Shown one piece after another: positions 1 to 13,200 of a stretch of DNA of 64,000 nucleotides (positions are counted from its first letter, which is position 1; each line of letters begins with the position of its first letter). The position numbers were made by a program, and so were the translations under genes. Under the pieces are notes generated by a model, which saw only the letters and a program-made list of their open reading frames with translations, was not told the origin of the DNA and did not search any database. The stretch spans positions 6,696,001-6,760,000 of the forward strand of contig CATNEN010000038.1 of the NCBI GenBank assembly GCA_950097015.1, given 5' to 3'. This stretch comes from Macrostomum hystrix (Eukaryota; Animalia; Platyhelminthes).

Positions 1-100
1 GGATTCTACCAGCTGGGATCTGGAAGACAGGACGGATTCTAACAGCTGGGATCTGGAAGACAGGACGGATTCTACCAGCTGGGATCTGGAAGCCAGGACG
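1..100. repeat. 33-bp tandem repeat (GGATTCTACCAGCTGGGATCTGGAAGACAGGAC), about 3 copies, cut by window start
   Basis: Unit recurs at 1, 34 and 67. Confidence 0.85.
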
Positions 101-2377
101 AGTTCAATGTCCAACAGTCATTGGCATCTCCTGTCCCACACTGCAATGACTCTGATTAAGAATGAAGTATATTGTTATCCATTAATACGAGCCTCGTACA
201 AAATACACCAGAAATAATGACTCATCGGGTTTTTAGGTTTGGAAAAGAGTTTCTTTCACAACTCATTCGCAAGAGTTTTGAAAATGCTTGGAATTGAAAA
301 ATGCGACTACTGCACTACTCTCGCTGGTCAAGTAGGACAGCAAGAACATTGGGCTAGTAAGTTCTGGAGTGATTTTTCATGCTGATCTTTCTGGCTCTAG
401 AAAAACTCTGCAGCCATTGCAATTACAAAGCGATCGAGTCCTCTTCTCTTCGAGTTCTCATTAAAGCTATGGGAATCAGAAGCTCCGGATCATCGGGTTT
501 GTCATCGGCGCAGACAGCGCATGTTCTTTGGCTGAGCGAGACACTGGGCGAGACAGCCGAGGGAGAGCCGCGTGCATCTATAATTTGTAACGGCTGGCAG
601 CTCTAAGAAGGGCACAAGGCAGCGGATTCTCTTTCCTGTTGGTCGATCCTAATCGATTTTACCGGCATCAGAGAAGGCCTCGACCAGCCGAGCTCTTCTA
701 GACTGATGGTCAGATCGAAAGGCTTGGATCGGAGAGATCAGCTGCTGCTGCCCATGCAGATGAAGTCGAGTTGCATAATGCAGCAGCAGCAGCAGCGAGT
801 CAAGAGGAAACTAACCCGACTTCATCTGCATTAGCCGATTGTACTTTTATAACAAGCCTGCTGCATAACTTCTACAGCCATCGGTTCCTTTAAAAAACAG
901 TCAAATTATTAGCTCATTGGTTATTTGATAATTAGTAGGGGTTCTGAACTTAAACAGCCTAAATTACTGACTGGTTTTTGTCTGGTTTGATAGAGGCAAA
1001 AGTCTTAGGAATTTGGAAATTAGGAAGTTGGATAATGTTGTAGATTTTATTTATCTTGTAAAAGCCAATTAAACATCTTGCTGCTTCCTTAAGCCAGAAG
1101 ACTTAGCTCGTACTTAGACAAAACTCATATTTAGTCCTCCAACTAGCATGGGTTTAATCATGTTTTTCAAGAACGGGTTGAATGCCTCAGCACTGTTGTA
1201 ACCGACATCCTATAAGTATTTACGCGCGTGTGATTCACTACAATTTCTAAGCTAGGCTGATGCGGTCATCGCAGAGCATATACGAGCCATTGGCTAGCGA
1301 AATTTGTTTTTAGGCTGCTGGCACTGCCGCCGCACCTGCGCTAACTTTGAGTCTCTCATATGTTTATCTTAGCCCTGAGGGCTTTCCTCGGCAGCGAGAA
1401 GAAGTCGCAATAGGCCAACGCATGAGGCGTCTAATTGCTTTTCTGCCCACAGAGACAGCGAACTGGGCACGATGGCTGCATCGTCAGTGAAGGATTAAGG
1501 ATGAGGCGGAGTCCAAGATTAGACTAGATTTGCAGCTGAAAGATAAGCAGGTGTTAGGGCTTTATTATTTTTCTTTATCCTGGACAATCAAAGATTTGGG
1601 TGGGGCACTGTGGCGGCTTTTTCAATTTGCTTAAGAAGGCCGGGCCAAGATACAATCGGATGGATTTGCGCCTCAAAATCGACATGCCTGAGTGAGCATT
1701 TAAATTAACGAGTTTTCAGAGTAACCCACAGTCATGGCACAGCTATCAGACCCAGGGGACAATGGGATATTGGATTAGGACAGAGTAAAGGTGAGAAAAT
1801 AGGGAGAGGGAAGAGCAAAGAGGGAAGGAGCAGCGCCTAGCAGTGTGATAGTGGGGGTGGCGAGCTATGCAGGTTAGTGCCAAGACAAAAGACGAGGCTA
1901 GCATAAAAAAGTAAACTCACTTTGCCAGCCCCCAAGCCGTACAGAATTAACACTCCAAAGTAACAAGCGAGTCTAGTACAGAAATTTATCTGGCCAATAG
2001 GCCCGCTCATCCACCCTCAAGATCCCTCCGCAATGCCCGGGCTAAGCAGCCAGCAGGAAGATGGCACATGAAACGGGGAGTGTCGCGTTATCCACGCCAC
2101 GTCTCTTCCAATCGGGTCCACTTGGGGACTCACTTCTATCGCAGGGGAAAGGGAAGGGAAGGAAGGCTCGGAAGGGTTAGCTGGCTGTGTATAGGCTATG
2201 GAGGATGACAGGGAGGATGACAGGGATAACAGTTTTGGGATTTCTAAAATTGTTTAAAGCAAGCGAGACGCCTTGAAAGTCAACACTGGTCTAGTTGAAG
2301 ACTTTTTTCGACGGTAGCACCTCGCACTCAAGCAGGTGTGATTAAGTACTTAAGTACTGATCGTAGCCAGCGTCATT

Positions 2378-3718
2378 ATGGAAAGTTACAACAGAATCAG
2401 AGCTTGCCGCCTGCCGCCAGCGGCCAAAACCTCCGATCTGTTTCTAGCTGAGTGGGTCATTCGCTTGTTTGGAGCGGTCATCATTGTTGGCGGAGTCCCT
2501 TGCAACCTCGTCGCGGCCTACATTCAGGGCACGGAGAAGTCCAACCGAGCCACCACGCGCTTTCTGATGGTGTGCTTGGCACTGACCGACAGCGGCGTCA
2601 TTCTGCTGGCGGTTGTTCGCTACTGGGTCACGGAGACGTTCGCCCTGGATGTGCGTGATTTGCACCCGCTCATCTGTCACTTCCACCAGCCGGTGGTGGC
2701 CACAGTAAGCGACGTGGCTGTGTACACTCTGTGCGCGATCGCTGTCGAGCGCTTCATCTCAGTGGCTTTTCCGTACCGAGTGCAGCAGATACTGACGAGA
2801 CGCAACTTCTGCCTGGCATTTGGCGCGATGGTGCTGGTCATGCTTGCTAAGAACATGCCCTTGTCGTTCTTTCTGCACACAACTAAATGCTACCGGCTGC
2901 TGAACACTAGCCTGATCGTTCAAAACAGCAGTGATCTGGAGGATTTGCTGCTTGACGCCGACTACCAGCTGGTGGACAAGTGCGATTATAATCAGGACTT
3001 TGCCAAATTTTTCACAAATCTCGACATGGTCACATACCTCGTGTTGCCGTACACAATTCTGCTGTTTTGCAATATCTACATCTACGCTGCTATGCGGCGT
3101 CAGAGCGCTGCCATGCAACGCCACGCTCGCCCGCTGGCAGCTGCCACGGCTGCCCCTCGTTCTGCTGTCAACCAACAGGCTGAAGACGTTGGCGAGTCAG
3201 ATTGCCCTAACCCAAAGCGACCAGCGGCATCGACTGTCGCAGTCCCTGCCAAGAGGGGCGGGCGCCGCAAGCCGGAGAATCTCATGCGGATTCTGGCAGT
3301 GCTCACGGTCATTCACATTATTACCACACTGCCAGCTTCCATCGGTCAGAAGATGAAGGTCTACGGTGACAAAGGTGCCATCAGCAGCGTAACACACAAC
3401 GCCCTGAAGACGCTGATGTTTGCCAACAATGCAACAAACTTTCTGGCCTACTTCGTGTCTTCGACAGTCTTCAGGTGTCGCGTCATAGCAGCGTGCCGAT
3501 GCGGAGGTCAACATTCAGCGCCGAAGATTGCCAACGGAGGTGGCAAATTTCAGCAGCAACTGCAGCGAGACAATCCGAGGCTCGAGAAATCGGTGGAGTT
3601 GCCGATGCTGCCGATAGCAGCTGCGACAGCCCGGCCAGATGGTGCAGAGCGAGAGAGGGGCGAGGAGGTGGTGGCTGCGCTTATCACCAGCGAAGGCCGT
3701 GCGCCGAATTGCGGCTAA
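2378..3718 (+). CDS. Intronless class A (rhodopsin-like) GPCR, FMRFamide/peptide-receptor-like, 446 aa
   Basis: Seven hydrophobic segments; TM1 GVPCN, TM2 LALTD, TM3 AVERF (DRY-like), TM5 LPYTILLFCN, TM6 IITTLP, TM7 NNATNFLAY. Confidence 0.9.
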   Translation: MESYNRIRACRLPPAAKTSDLFLAEWVIRLFGAVIIVGGVPCNLVAAYIQGTEKSNRATTRFLMVCLALTDSGVILLAVVRYWVTETFALDVRDLHPLICHFHQPVVATVSDVAVYTLCAIAVERFISVAFPYRVQQILTRRNFCLAFGAMVLVMLAKNMPLSFFLHTTKCYRLLNTSLIVQNSSDLEDLLLDADYQLVDKCDYNQDFAKFFTNLDMVTYLVLPYTILLFCNIYIYAAMRRQSAAMQRHARPLAAATAAPRSAVNQQAEDVGESDCPNPKRPAASTVAVPAKRGGRRKPENLMRILAVLTVIHIITTLPASIGQKMKVYGDKGAISSVTHNALKTLMFANNATNFLAYFVSSTVFRCRVIAACRCGGQHSAPKIANGGGKFQQQLQRDNPRLEKSVELPMLPIAAATARPDGAERERGEEVVAALITSEGRAPNCG

Positions 3719-6649
3719 ATAAACTACAAAGATGCCTGCAGCACCAGGTTACACGAGTGAACAGGAACTCCATTTTTCAGAATATAAGAATTTAAGACGA
3801 AATGTTCCATTCTCCAAAATAATTATTAATGTTTTGTTTAGCTTTTAGAACATAAAATGTGTCGATTATCTCCTATAATTATTCGATTTGGTATGTGCGG
3901 TTCTCAATTATTACTCGTACAGCTTCAGACATTGCAATTAATGCATAACAACAACCTTGATTTTTCATTTTCTTTTGTGTTTTGTGCTTGATTGCCCTCT
4001 TAGATGACTATATACAAAATTTAGAATATTGTTTGATCTATTTATTTATCGGGTCAGAAGTTCGACAATTTATGCTTCAGTTCAGCCATCTGTAAAATTA
4101 TCAACTATAGAGATAGAGCCTATTTACTAGTTCAAGGAATTTTATTGCTGTGACGGCTCCCAGTCTACGGACTGAACAGCTGAACGCGCGTTTGGAAGCA
4201 CAACAGCTGCGGCTGTGCCAATGGCTGTAAGTCTGGCCCAACTGGGCTGTGTCATTTCTATGTTCTGTCGGCCCTTTTTTGTTTGTCTAAGACCACTTTT
4301 CATTACATTGTTATAGGAATTACGCACAGGGAACAAAGTTTTAAGTCATCCTGTTTTGTGTCCATTAAAATAAAACTGTATTTAAAACCATTAGACGTGC
4401 TACGGCAATGAAATTGCGTTGCCTTGAAAATAAGAGCCTAGCATTCACGGTCGTCGCTTAATCGCATTATCTCTCATTTAAGTAGAAGTTCAACCATGTT
4501 AAAGTGAGATTTTTTCATCCGCGAAAAAGCTAGCTGCTAGCTTCATACTGCCATTATTTGCGTACATCAAGCTTAATAACAGTGGACGGGGAAATCCTCT
4601 GCAGTTTGCCGTCTGTCGCAGTTTGTTAGATCGCCGGACTTGAAAAAGAAACGGCTTTGTGCGATTCCAAAATATGTCATGTCGAGTTCATTTATGAGGG
4701 CCTGGAGAAACGGATGTCAGTGGCGGGAGTGACGCTTGCTGGCTGCAGTCGCTTTGATTAAATTAAAAACGGCTTAACTTGGACAAATTTGCACTCCAAA
4801 TCACAATCTGCTTTTGTGTTTAATTAATTACATTCTAGGTTGATTTCCGATCAGTTCTCGAGGCATCCGTCAGCTGATTTTCGTCGCAACCTTAAGTAGC
4901 TTTCTTGGCGATAGTCGACACAAAGGTAGAAGCCCTAGATAATTTTTCCGAGGTAAAAGCACCCGAATGAAATGTTGGATCAACTAAAAACGAGCCACTC
5001 TGTCCCATGCATTATAGATCCGTCCTCACCTTCCTTCTCTTTGAATTGCTGATCAAAAGTTCTCCGCCTTTAGAAATGACTTTAATGGACAAGTCATAAT
5101 AACGCTCGCTAATCTCACAGTTTCCGTTGATCTTCAATGCGTAGATGTCTAAACAATGTCACAGAGCAAACTTGCCCAGACTGTTAACAATGCATAGGTG
5201 GTCACGTCTGGATTTAAGCCGGATTAAAACCCATCGTGTCTTGACATTCGAGGCTCACTCTCTACATGTTAAGCTCTGTAATTTTATCGACTCGTCGTTC
5301 TCTAGCCTTCTGCTTCTTTGTGCAATGCGGGCGCGTGCTAGCACAGAGTCTAACTAAATTATAATGCTTTAAAGATAAGCGCTTAAATATCATATATATT
5401 TATAGTAGGTCAAAGCGGCTTATCAATTCTAAGTCGATCGATCGATTGGATCGAATTTTCTACCTGCCAGAGAACCCCTGCCTGCTGCTCACCTTGCAGG
5501 GTGTGCTCAGGTGGGAGACAGGCTCGTAAGCATGAGATGCGAGCTACATGATGCTTTTTGCTTGATGCATTCTTTATCTGATCTTGCCCTTGTTGTAGGT
5601 TATCTTTAGGCAATGATCTCTTTAGTTATCTTGCTGGAATGACTTTGTCTATGGTAAAACCTCATTTATAAAAAACCTTGACCCCGCTTCTCAGCTCGCT
5701 AAAAAGAACTGAAATTTATGGAGATCAAACACGAATGTTATTTCTACACGAAAACGTGCCCTCCTCGCGCTCGCTTTCGGCTTTCTGCTTTGAAGCAATT
5801 ATTATATCTGCCTTCGTGCCTCGGAGTAGGGTGTGTACAACGCGATGATTAGAGTACATAGTAGCTCAAAACGAGAACCAATCAGAATAGCTCACGCATG
5901 AGAAAATTAAGGGGGCTCTCAAGATAACCTTTGAGACTGAAGCTGCTGAGGCTCACGCCAACAGGCACGAGAAAAGAAGCTTTTAATTAACTATAGAATT
6001 AACTTTTTGTAAAAACTGCTAGCAACTTATTAATGAGTTGATAATGACAAAGCCGCACGAAACACGATCCGCACCAGCTGCGAGAAGCTGTATTCTAGAC
6101 ACACTCCTTAGTTGCAGCCTGATATTTATTTCGATCCGAATAACTAGCTGCCTCACGTGTATGTCTCGGTGCGGCGGACACTATTTTTAGCCTGAGCCTA
6201 TGCTCAAATAAGATAATAGGACGCCACTGTCCCGGATGACGCAGCGGATGAGAAGAGATCAGAGCTTACGCGGGCCCCTGCACTGCTGGGATATAAAGTC
6301 ACGTATTCACAATGAACGGGATTGGACTGATAAGACGAGTGGCAGGGATACTGATAGTGCTGTCAGTGGGTTTCCAGCCAGTAGGCACTGCAACTGCTCG
6401 TATATGAAAATATGTTAGCAACAGTGCAATTGCAAGCATATGCTGCAAAGAGTACGAAATCAGAATTGGATTTCTGAGGATTTTGAAAGAGCGAAAATAA
6501 ATAAGACGCCGGGCATTGGAGGGCAGACTTGGGGAAGACTTTCAGATTCAGTGTAGAATATTAGTTTGGCAAAGCACTGACTGAGTGACTGATAGTGATT
6601 GGCGTCCTCTTCTGTCTAACAGGTAGATATAAACTCAAAAAGGTACATA

Positions 6650-7125
6650 ACCAGTCAAACAGCTAGATATTTTGTCAAACAGCTAGATATTTTGTCAAAC
6701 AGCTAGATATTTTGTTAAACAGGTAGATATCCAGTCAAACAGCTAGATATTTTGTTAAACAGGTAGATATCCAGTCAAACAGGTAGATATCCAGTCAAAC
6801 AGGTAGATATCCAGTCAAACAGGTAGATATCCAGTCAAACAGGTAGATATCCAGTCAAACAGGTAGATATCCAGTCAAACAGGTAGATATCCTATCAAAC
6901 AGGTAGATATCCTGTCAAACAGGTAGATATCCAGTCAAACAGGTAGATATCCAGTCAGACAAGTAGATATCTAGTCAAACAGGTAGATATCCGTCAAACA
7001 GGTAGATATCCAGTCAAACAGGTAGATATCCAGTCAAACAGGTAGATATCCAGTCAAACAGGTAGATATCCAGTCAAACAGGTAGATATCCTATCAAACA
7101 GGTGGATATCCTGTCAAACATGTAA
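6650..7125. repeat. 20-bp minisatellite (CCAGTCAAACAGGTAGATAT)n
   Basis: Direct periodicity of 20. Confidence 0.95.
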
Positions 7126-7414
7126 ATTTCCTGTGGAACTGGCCACTCTATTATTTAACATGATCTAGGCCATCAGATTGGTAAATAAAATAAATTTCTG
7201 TGATTGCTATGTAAAAAAACAAAAATGGCATAGCACTCCAGAGCGAATTTAACTTATTTTGCGATACCATATAAAAAAATTAAAAGCACATATAAAATCA
7301 GTTTAATAAGATCTTTAAAACATTAAAAAACAAAGCAAAGGATATGACTAAGATTTGTACAATAAAATTGGCAAGCAGTCGAGTTTAGTTGATTGGACTC
7401 GAGTGGTAAGTGGA

Positions 7415-8630
7415 TAGGGCGTGGGTGAGAGAGAGGTGGGTGAGAGAGGGTGAGTGAATGAGGCGTGGGTAAAAGAGGTGGGTGAGTGAGTAAGGGATGG
7501 GTGAGTGAGTGAGGGGTGGGTGAGTGAGTGAGGGGTGGGTGAGTGAGTAAGGGATGGGTGAGTGAGTGAGTAAGGGATGGGTGAGTGAGTGAGGGGTGGG
7601 TGAGTGAGTAAGGGATGGGTGAGTGAGTGAGGGGTGGGTGAGTGAGTGATGGGTGGGTGGGTGAGTGAGGGGTGGGTGAGAGAGGGTGCGTGAATGAGGC
7701 GTGGGTAAAAGAGGTGGGTGAGTGAGTAAGGGATGGGTGAGTGAGTGAGGGGTGGGTGAGTGAGTGAGGGGTGGGTGAGTGAGTGATGGGTGGGTGGGTG
7801 AGTGAGGGGTGGGTGAGAGAGGGTGCGTGAATGAGGCGTGGGTAAAAGAGGTGGGTGAGTGAGTAAGGGATGGGTGAGTGAGTGAGGGGTGGGTGGGTGA
7901 GTGAGGGGTGGGTGGGTGAGTAAGGGGTGGGTGAGTTAAGGGTGGGCGAGTGAGGGGTGGTTGAGTGAGTAAGGGATGGGTGAGTGAGTGAGGGGTGGGT
8001 AAGTAAGTGAGTGGTGGTGAGTGAGTGGTGGTGAATGTGTGGTGGTGAATGAGTGGTGGTGAGTGAGTGGTGGTGAATGAGTGGTGGTGAGTGAGTGGTG
8101 GTGAATGAGTGGTGGTGAGTGAGTGGTGGTGAATGAGTGGTGGTGAATGAGTGGTGGTGAGTGAGTGGTGGTGAATGAGTGGTGGTGAGTGAGTGGTGGT
8201 GAATGAGTGGTGGTGAATGAGTGGTGGTGAGTGAGTGGTGGTGAATGAGTGGTGGTGAGTGAGTGGTGGTGAATGAGTGGTGGTGAATGAGTGGTGGTGA
8301 GTGAGTGGTGGTGAATGAGTGGTGGTGAATGAGTGGTGGTGAATGAGTGGTGGTGAGTGAGTGGTGGTGAATGAGTGGTGGTGAGTGAGTGGTGGTGAGT
8401 GAGTGGTGGTGAGTGAGTGGTGGTGAATGAGTGGTGGTGAGTGAGTGGTGGTGAGTGAGTGGTGGTGAGTGAGTGGTGGTGAGTGATTGGTGGTGAATGA
8501 GTGGTGGTGAGTGAGTGGTGGTGAATGAGTGGTAGTGAGTGAGTGGTGGTGAGTGAGTGGTGGTGAGTGAGTGGTGGTGAGTGAGTGGTGGTGAATGAGT
8601 GGTGGTGAATGAGTGGTAGTGAGTGAGGGT
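7415..8630. repeat. G/T-rich compound minisatellite (GGGTGAGTGAGTGAGG-type, then 14-bp GTGGTGGTGAATGA-type)
   Basis: Direct periodicity; unit switches near 8010. Confidence 0.95.
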
Positions 8631-9289
8631 ATGTTTGTATTATAAGTGCTGGTGTCGGAAATGAAAAAAATTATAAAAAAATAGCTTTAAAAAATCTGAC
8701 GCACTGGTTACAAAACTACATTTTATCATAAACGGATAATTGGCATATTGTTATTGTCTAGAAGAATACTGCCATTAAAACTAGCGGCATTGCTCATACT
8801 GTGTGGCAGTCATTTGTTTCATCAGAAAGCAACGAGCTAACAGTAAAAAACAGCCAGCAAGCCAGAAACACACTGAAAAAACCCGAGTCAGTGCTCACAG
8901 CGGAGTCGAGACGAGGACAATGCAGACAGGTTTAAACTGTCGACAGTGAAGCCAGAGCGAAGACAGAATGCTGATAAAAATGGTAGCAATTATTAAAAGC
9001 AGAAAAAGTGGAACTAGAGTAATAACTACCCATGTAACTAGCATTCCGGTGTGTGCAGAGAGAACATTTTGAGTCAAAAATACCCGAATCGCAATCAAAC
9101 AGCTAAGACTTGTCTGTAAAAATACATCATTAAAAAATTCAGGTCGCGGAAAAAAGCGTTTTTATTCTGCTAAGCAATTGAAAGCACCTTACAGATGACA
9201 GCAAAGGTCACAAATAGAGGAAAGTAGAAAGAAAATATTGAATTTTAATTCAGCGTCAAAAAATCAAAGGGAGAATTGGAGCTAATATT

Positions 9290-10080
9290 TAGGAAGGATG
9301 GGATCTTAGATTTAGTAAAAGGGGATCTTGGAATAAGAACGATGGGATCTTGAATTTAGTAAGATGCGATCTTGAATTTGGTAAGATGGGATCTTGGATT
9401 TGGTAACATGGAATCTTAGATTTGGTAGGATGGGATCTTGGATTTGGTAAGATGGGATCTTAGATTTGGTAACATGGAATCTTAGATTTGGTAGGATGGG
9501 ATCTTGGATTTGGTAAGATGGGATCTTAGATTTGGTAACATGGAATCTTAGATTTGGTAGGATGGGATCTTAGATTTGGTAGGATGGGATCTTGGATTTG
9601 GTAAGATGGGATCTTAGATTTGGTAACATGGAATCTTAGATTTGGTAGGATGGGATCTTGGATTTGGTAAGATGGGATCTTAGATTTGGTAACATGGAAT
9701 CTTAGATTTGGTAGGATGGGATCTTAGATTTGGTAAAATGGGATCTTAGATTTGGTAAGATGGAATCTTAGATTTGGTAATATGGAATCTTAGATTTGGT
9801 AAGATGGGATCTTAGATTTGGTAGGATGGGATCTTAGATTTGGTAATATGGAATCCTAGATTTGGTAAGATGGGATCTTGAATTTGGTAATATAGAATCC
9901 TAGATTTGGTAAGATGGGATCTTGAATTTGGTAAGATGGGATCTTAGATTTGGTAACATGGAATCTTAGATTTGGTAGGATGGGATCTTGGATTTGGTAA
10001 GATGGGATCTTAGATTTCATAAGATGGGATCTTAGATTTCGGGAGACGGGATCTTAGGTTTGGTAAGATGGGATCTTGGT
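9290..10080. repeat. 22-bp minisatellite (GATTTGGTAAGATGGGATCTTA)n just downstream of the SNX25 stop
   Basis: Direct periodicity of 22 with degenerate edges. Confidence 0.95.
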
Positions 10081-10209
10081 TTCAGAAAGATCTTGTACTT
10101 GAAAAATTGAAATCCTATATTTTTAGATGGTATTCGGAAAATGTTAAGCTTCTATTTCTTAAGTTTAAAGAAATGGAATGTGAACGCAAAAACTACAGAA
10201 TTTTTCTCC

Positions 10210-13200
10210 TCACAAAGCGGCCTCCTCCATCAGCGCCATCAACCACGAGTACAGAATGGCTTTATTGGCTAGCTGGCTGCAGGTGAACATCCAGTGTAGG
10301 AAGGTCAGTCCTGACCTGGCCGTCCTGTCTCCCAGGAGCAGCAGGGCCGGCTCTGGCAGGCTGTCCAGCATGAGGCTCAGGCAGCTGTCAACGCTGGCGT
10401 CGGCTTGCTCGGCGGCACTCGAAGGCCCCGACTGAGCTGACTCGGCTTGCCACAGGAGGCAGCGCAGTTGGCTGAGGTAGGACAGGCAGGCATGCGGCTC
10501 AGTCCAGGCTGTCAGGAGGTCGCGGCACCATCGCTCGGCGGTAGTCTGGCCGCCGATGTGCATAGCCAGGAGCCGCAGCAGCCGCCTGGGAGCGCTGGAC
10601 GAGCCGGCGAAGTCGAAGATGGCGTCGGCCAGATGAAAGACGGCGTCCGCCAGCGGCTCCGCTGCGGCCTGCGGCTGGCCCGGGTGCCTTCGGGAATCCG
10701 GTTGGGAGTGGCGCGGGTGAGCAGATGGGTGAGTAGATGGGTGAGCAGACGGGTTGGTGAGCAGATGGGTGAGCAGATGGGTGAGCAGATGGGTGAGCAG
10801 ATGGGTGAGCAGATGGGTGAGCAGATGGGTGAGCAGAAGGGTGGGTGAGCAAACGCATTGTTGCAAGGTAGTTCGTGTTGTAATCACTTAGCCGCCTGCT
10901 GCTGCTGCTGTTGCTGCTGAGCAGCTGCAGATCTCAGAATGCACAATGGCCCACTGGAAGCTGCATCTGATCCGGCTGTTGAAATCGGCAGCTGTGCCGG
11001 AGTCGGCGGTGGTGGCGGCAAGTTCTGCGCCGATGCAGCAGCCGCACCCGACTGCGCCTCAGTCAGCAGGCGGTGCAGCGACTCGCTGGCCTGAGCCACC
11101 GGATCTGCCAGGGCTGCGTTCAGGAAGGCCTCGGCCGCCTGCGGTGACAGTCGAGCGCCTCGCGAACCCAGCGGACGCGCCAGCAGATTCGCTGACGATG
11201 TCGCCGACAAATGCGAAGCCCGCCTGGCTGAAGTAAACAGCAGGCCGCTGAGCTCAATGCTCAACTGGCGAATGGATTCGAGGGGCACGCTGACCTGCCA
11301 GTCAATGCTGTCCTCTGAGCCGGCGGCTGCGTCCGTCGAGGAAGACTCAGTAGGCAGGCAGTAGACCTAAGAATCATTGGCGTCTATATAGGTGAGTCTT
11401 GAAAGAATTGGGCAGTTTCCAAGCACAGAGGAATCGCAGCAGGAATCGAACAGACATTCCCATGCTATGCCACGTCAGAAGCAATTATCGCACCGTAAAC
11501 TGACCCGAAATCGCGAAGCAGCGCACCGGCTGCCAGGTCCTACAGTTGCTAGATCATCAGCCAGCAGCCGAACCCGCCAGCGGCCCAGGCGCTCGGCCCA
11601 GACGGCCGCCAGTTCAGCGTAGGCGATCAGCCGACTTCGCTCGCGATTTAGACTGGCCAGTTCGGCTTCAAGTTGATCGCCAAACGGACCAGGCGGGAAC
11701 ACGGCTAGCTCCACCGCCGTCGCCGACGCTGAAGTATGGTCGCTATTGGGAGCATTGTGGCGCCGAAAAGCGTCTAGTTGGGCGCGTTTCCGTTGCAGAC
11801 GAGAGTCGAGGACCGCCAGGGCACCGCTGCACGGATCCTCGGGCGGGAGTGCAGACGACGACCGAGCTGAAGATAAGTTGCATGTCGATGCCGATGTTGA
11901 CGTCGTCGATGCCGACGTTGACGTCGTCGATGCCGATGTTGACGTCGTTGATGCCGATGTTGACGTCGTTGACGTTGATGCGATTGTTGAAATCATTGAT
12001 GCTGACGATGATAATACGAAAGTCTTTGTCGATTTTTTCGACGTCTTATATTGTGCCTCGGCAGGGCCAGAATCATCGGGTGGCATGCCGCGCCGACAGA
12101 AGGCCTCGAACTGCGGGCTGATGACGAAGGCGCAGTACCAGAACTGCTCGGCGCAGTTGGCCACGTCACGCGCGATCGCTTCGAAACCGTCCGGGCTGGC
12201 TGATCGGCCCAGGAGGAAGTCGCGCGCCCGGTTGAAGTTGGCCACAGCGTTGGACGTTGCCGGCGCAATGTACACAGCCTGGTCGGTGCCGCGGTGCAGG
12301 TAGCGCCGGTAGAGCCGCCAGGCCGAGTCGTACAGGCTCCGCAAAGCGACATCGGCGTCGGCGCTGCGGTCAGCCTCATCTGCCAGATCTCTCAGCCGAC
12401 TGGCATCCGCCCAGTAGTCCAGAAGAACAGCTTCGTCAGGCTGACGCTGCGAGACGAAGCGCCGGAATTCAGCTCGAAATGCTTCGTGCTCAAGGATCAC
12501 CTGGATTGGAGTCAGGGAGCAGGTGCTGGAGACGTTGAGGGCAGAGAGATTCCGGCAAAGTGGTTATTTTTAAATAATCAATTAGTTAGCAATGATTAGA
12601 TATAAGATAATTAGAAAAAGTAAATGGGGTACCTGGGATAATCGACTCAAAAAAATCTGGGGATCTGGACTAATCATCTGGGGATCTGGGATAATCACAT
12701 CGATAATCTGGGGATCTGGGATGATTAAACAATAATCTGGGGATCTGGGATAATCAGCTCAACAATCTGGGGATAATTGGCTATTGGGGATAAGTAATCT
12801 GAGGATGTGGGATAGTTAGCTAAGGAATACGAGGAAATACTCGTAAAAACAATTTTGTGTAAAATCAGATCATTTAGGATAAAAGTGCGTGTACCTGCAG
12901 AGAATAAACCCGCAGAGTCGCCCGCTCAGCTTCAGCATCAGGGTCCTGATCGGCACTGGCAGTGTCCGGGAGCAGGCCAGCTAGTCGCTGCTGGCAGATG
13001 GCCTCGCACTGACCCAGCTGGTTCAGGTAGCGTCTCAGGTCCCGATTCATCAGCTGACTTGCTTTGTTAGTGGAGTGCAAGCTCTGCTGCTGCTGCTGCT
13101 GCTGCTGCTGGCGCTGCAAGGCGCGCAGGGCGGTGGCGTGCAAGATCTCGGAGCGCACGCTGGCCCGCAGCTGGCGCAGAGCCTGAGGCGATTCGCAGGC

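Noticed and set aside
1-100. Neuropeptide-precursor-like repeat GFYQLGSGR
   Set aside because: The second copy has an in-frame TAA and no signal peptide is visible.
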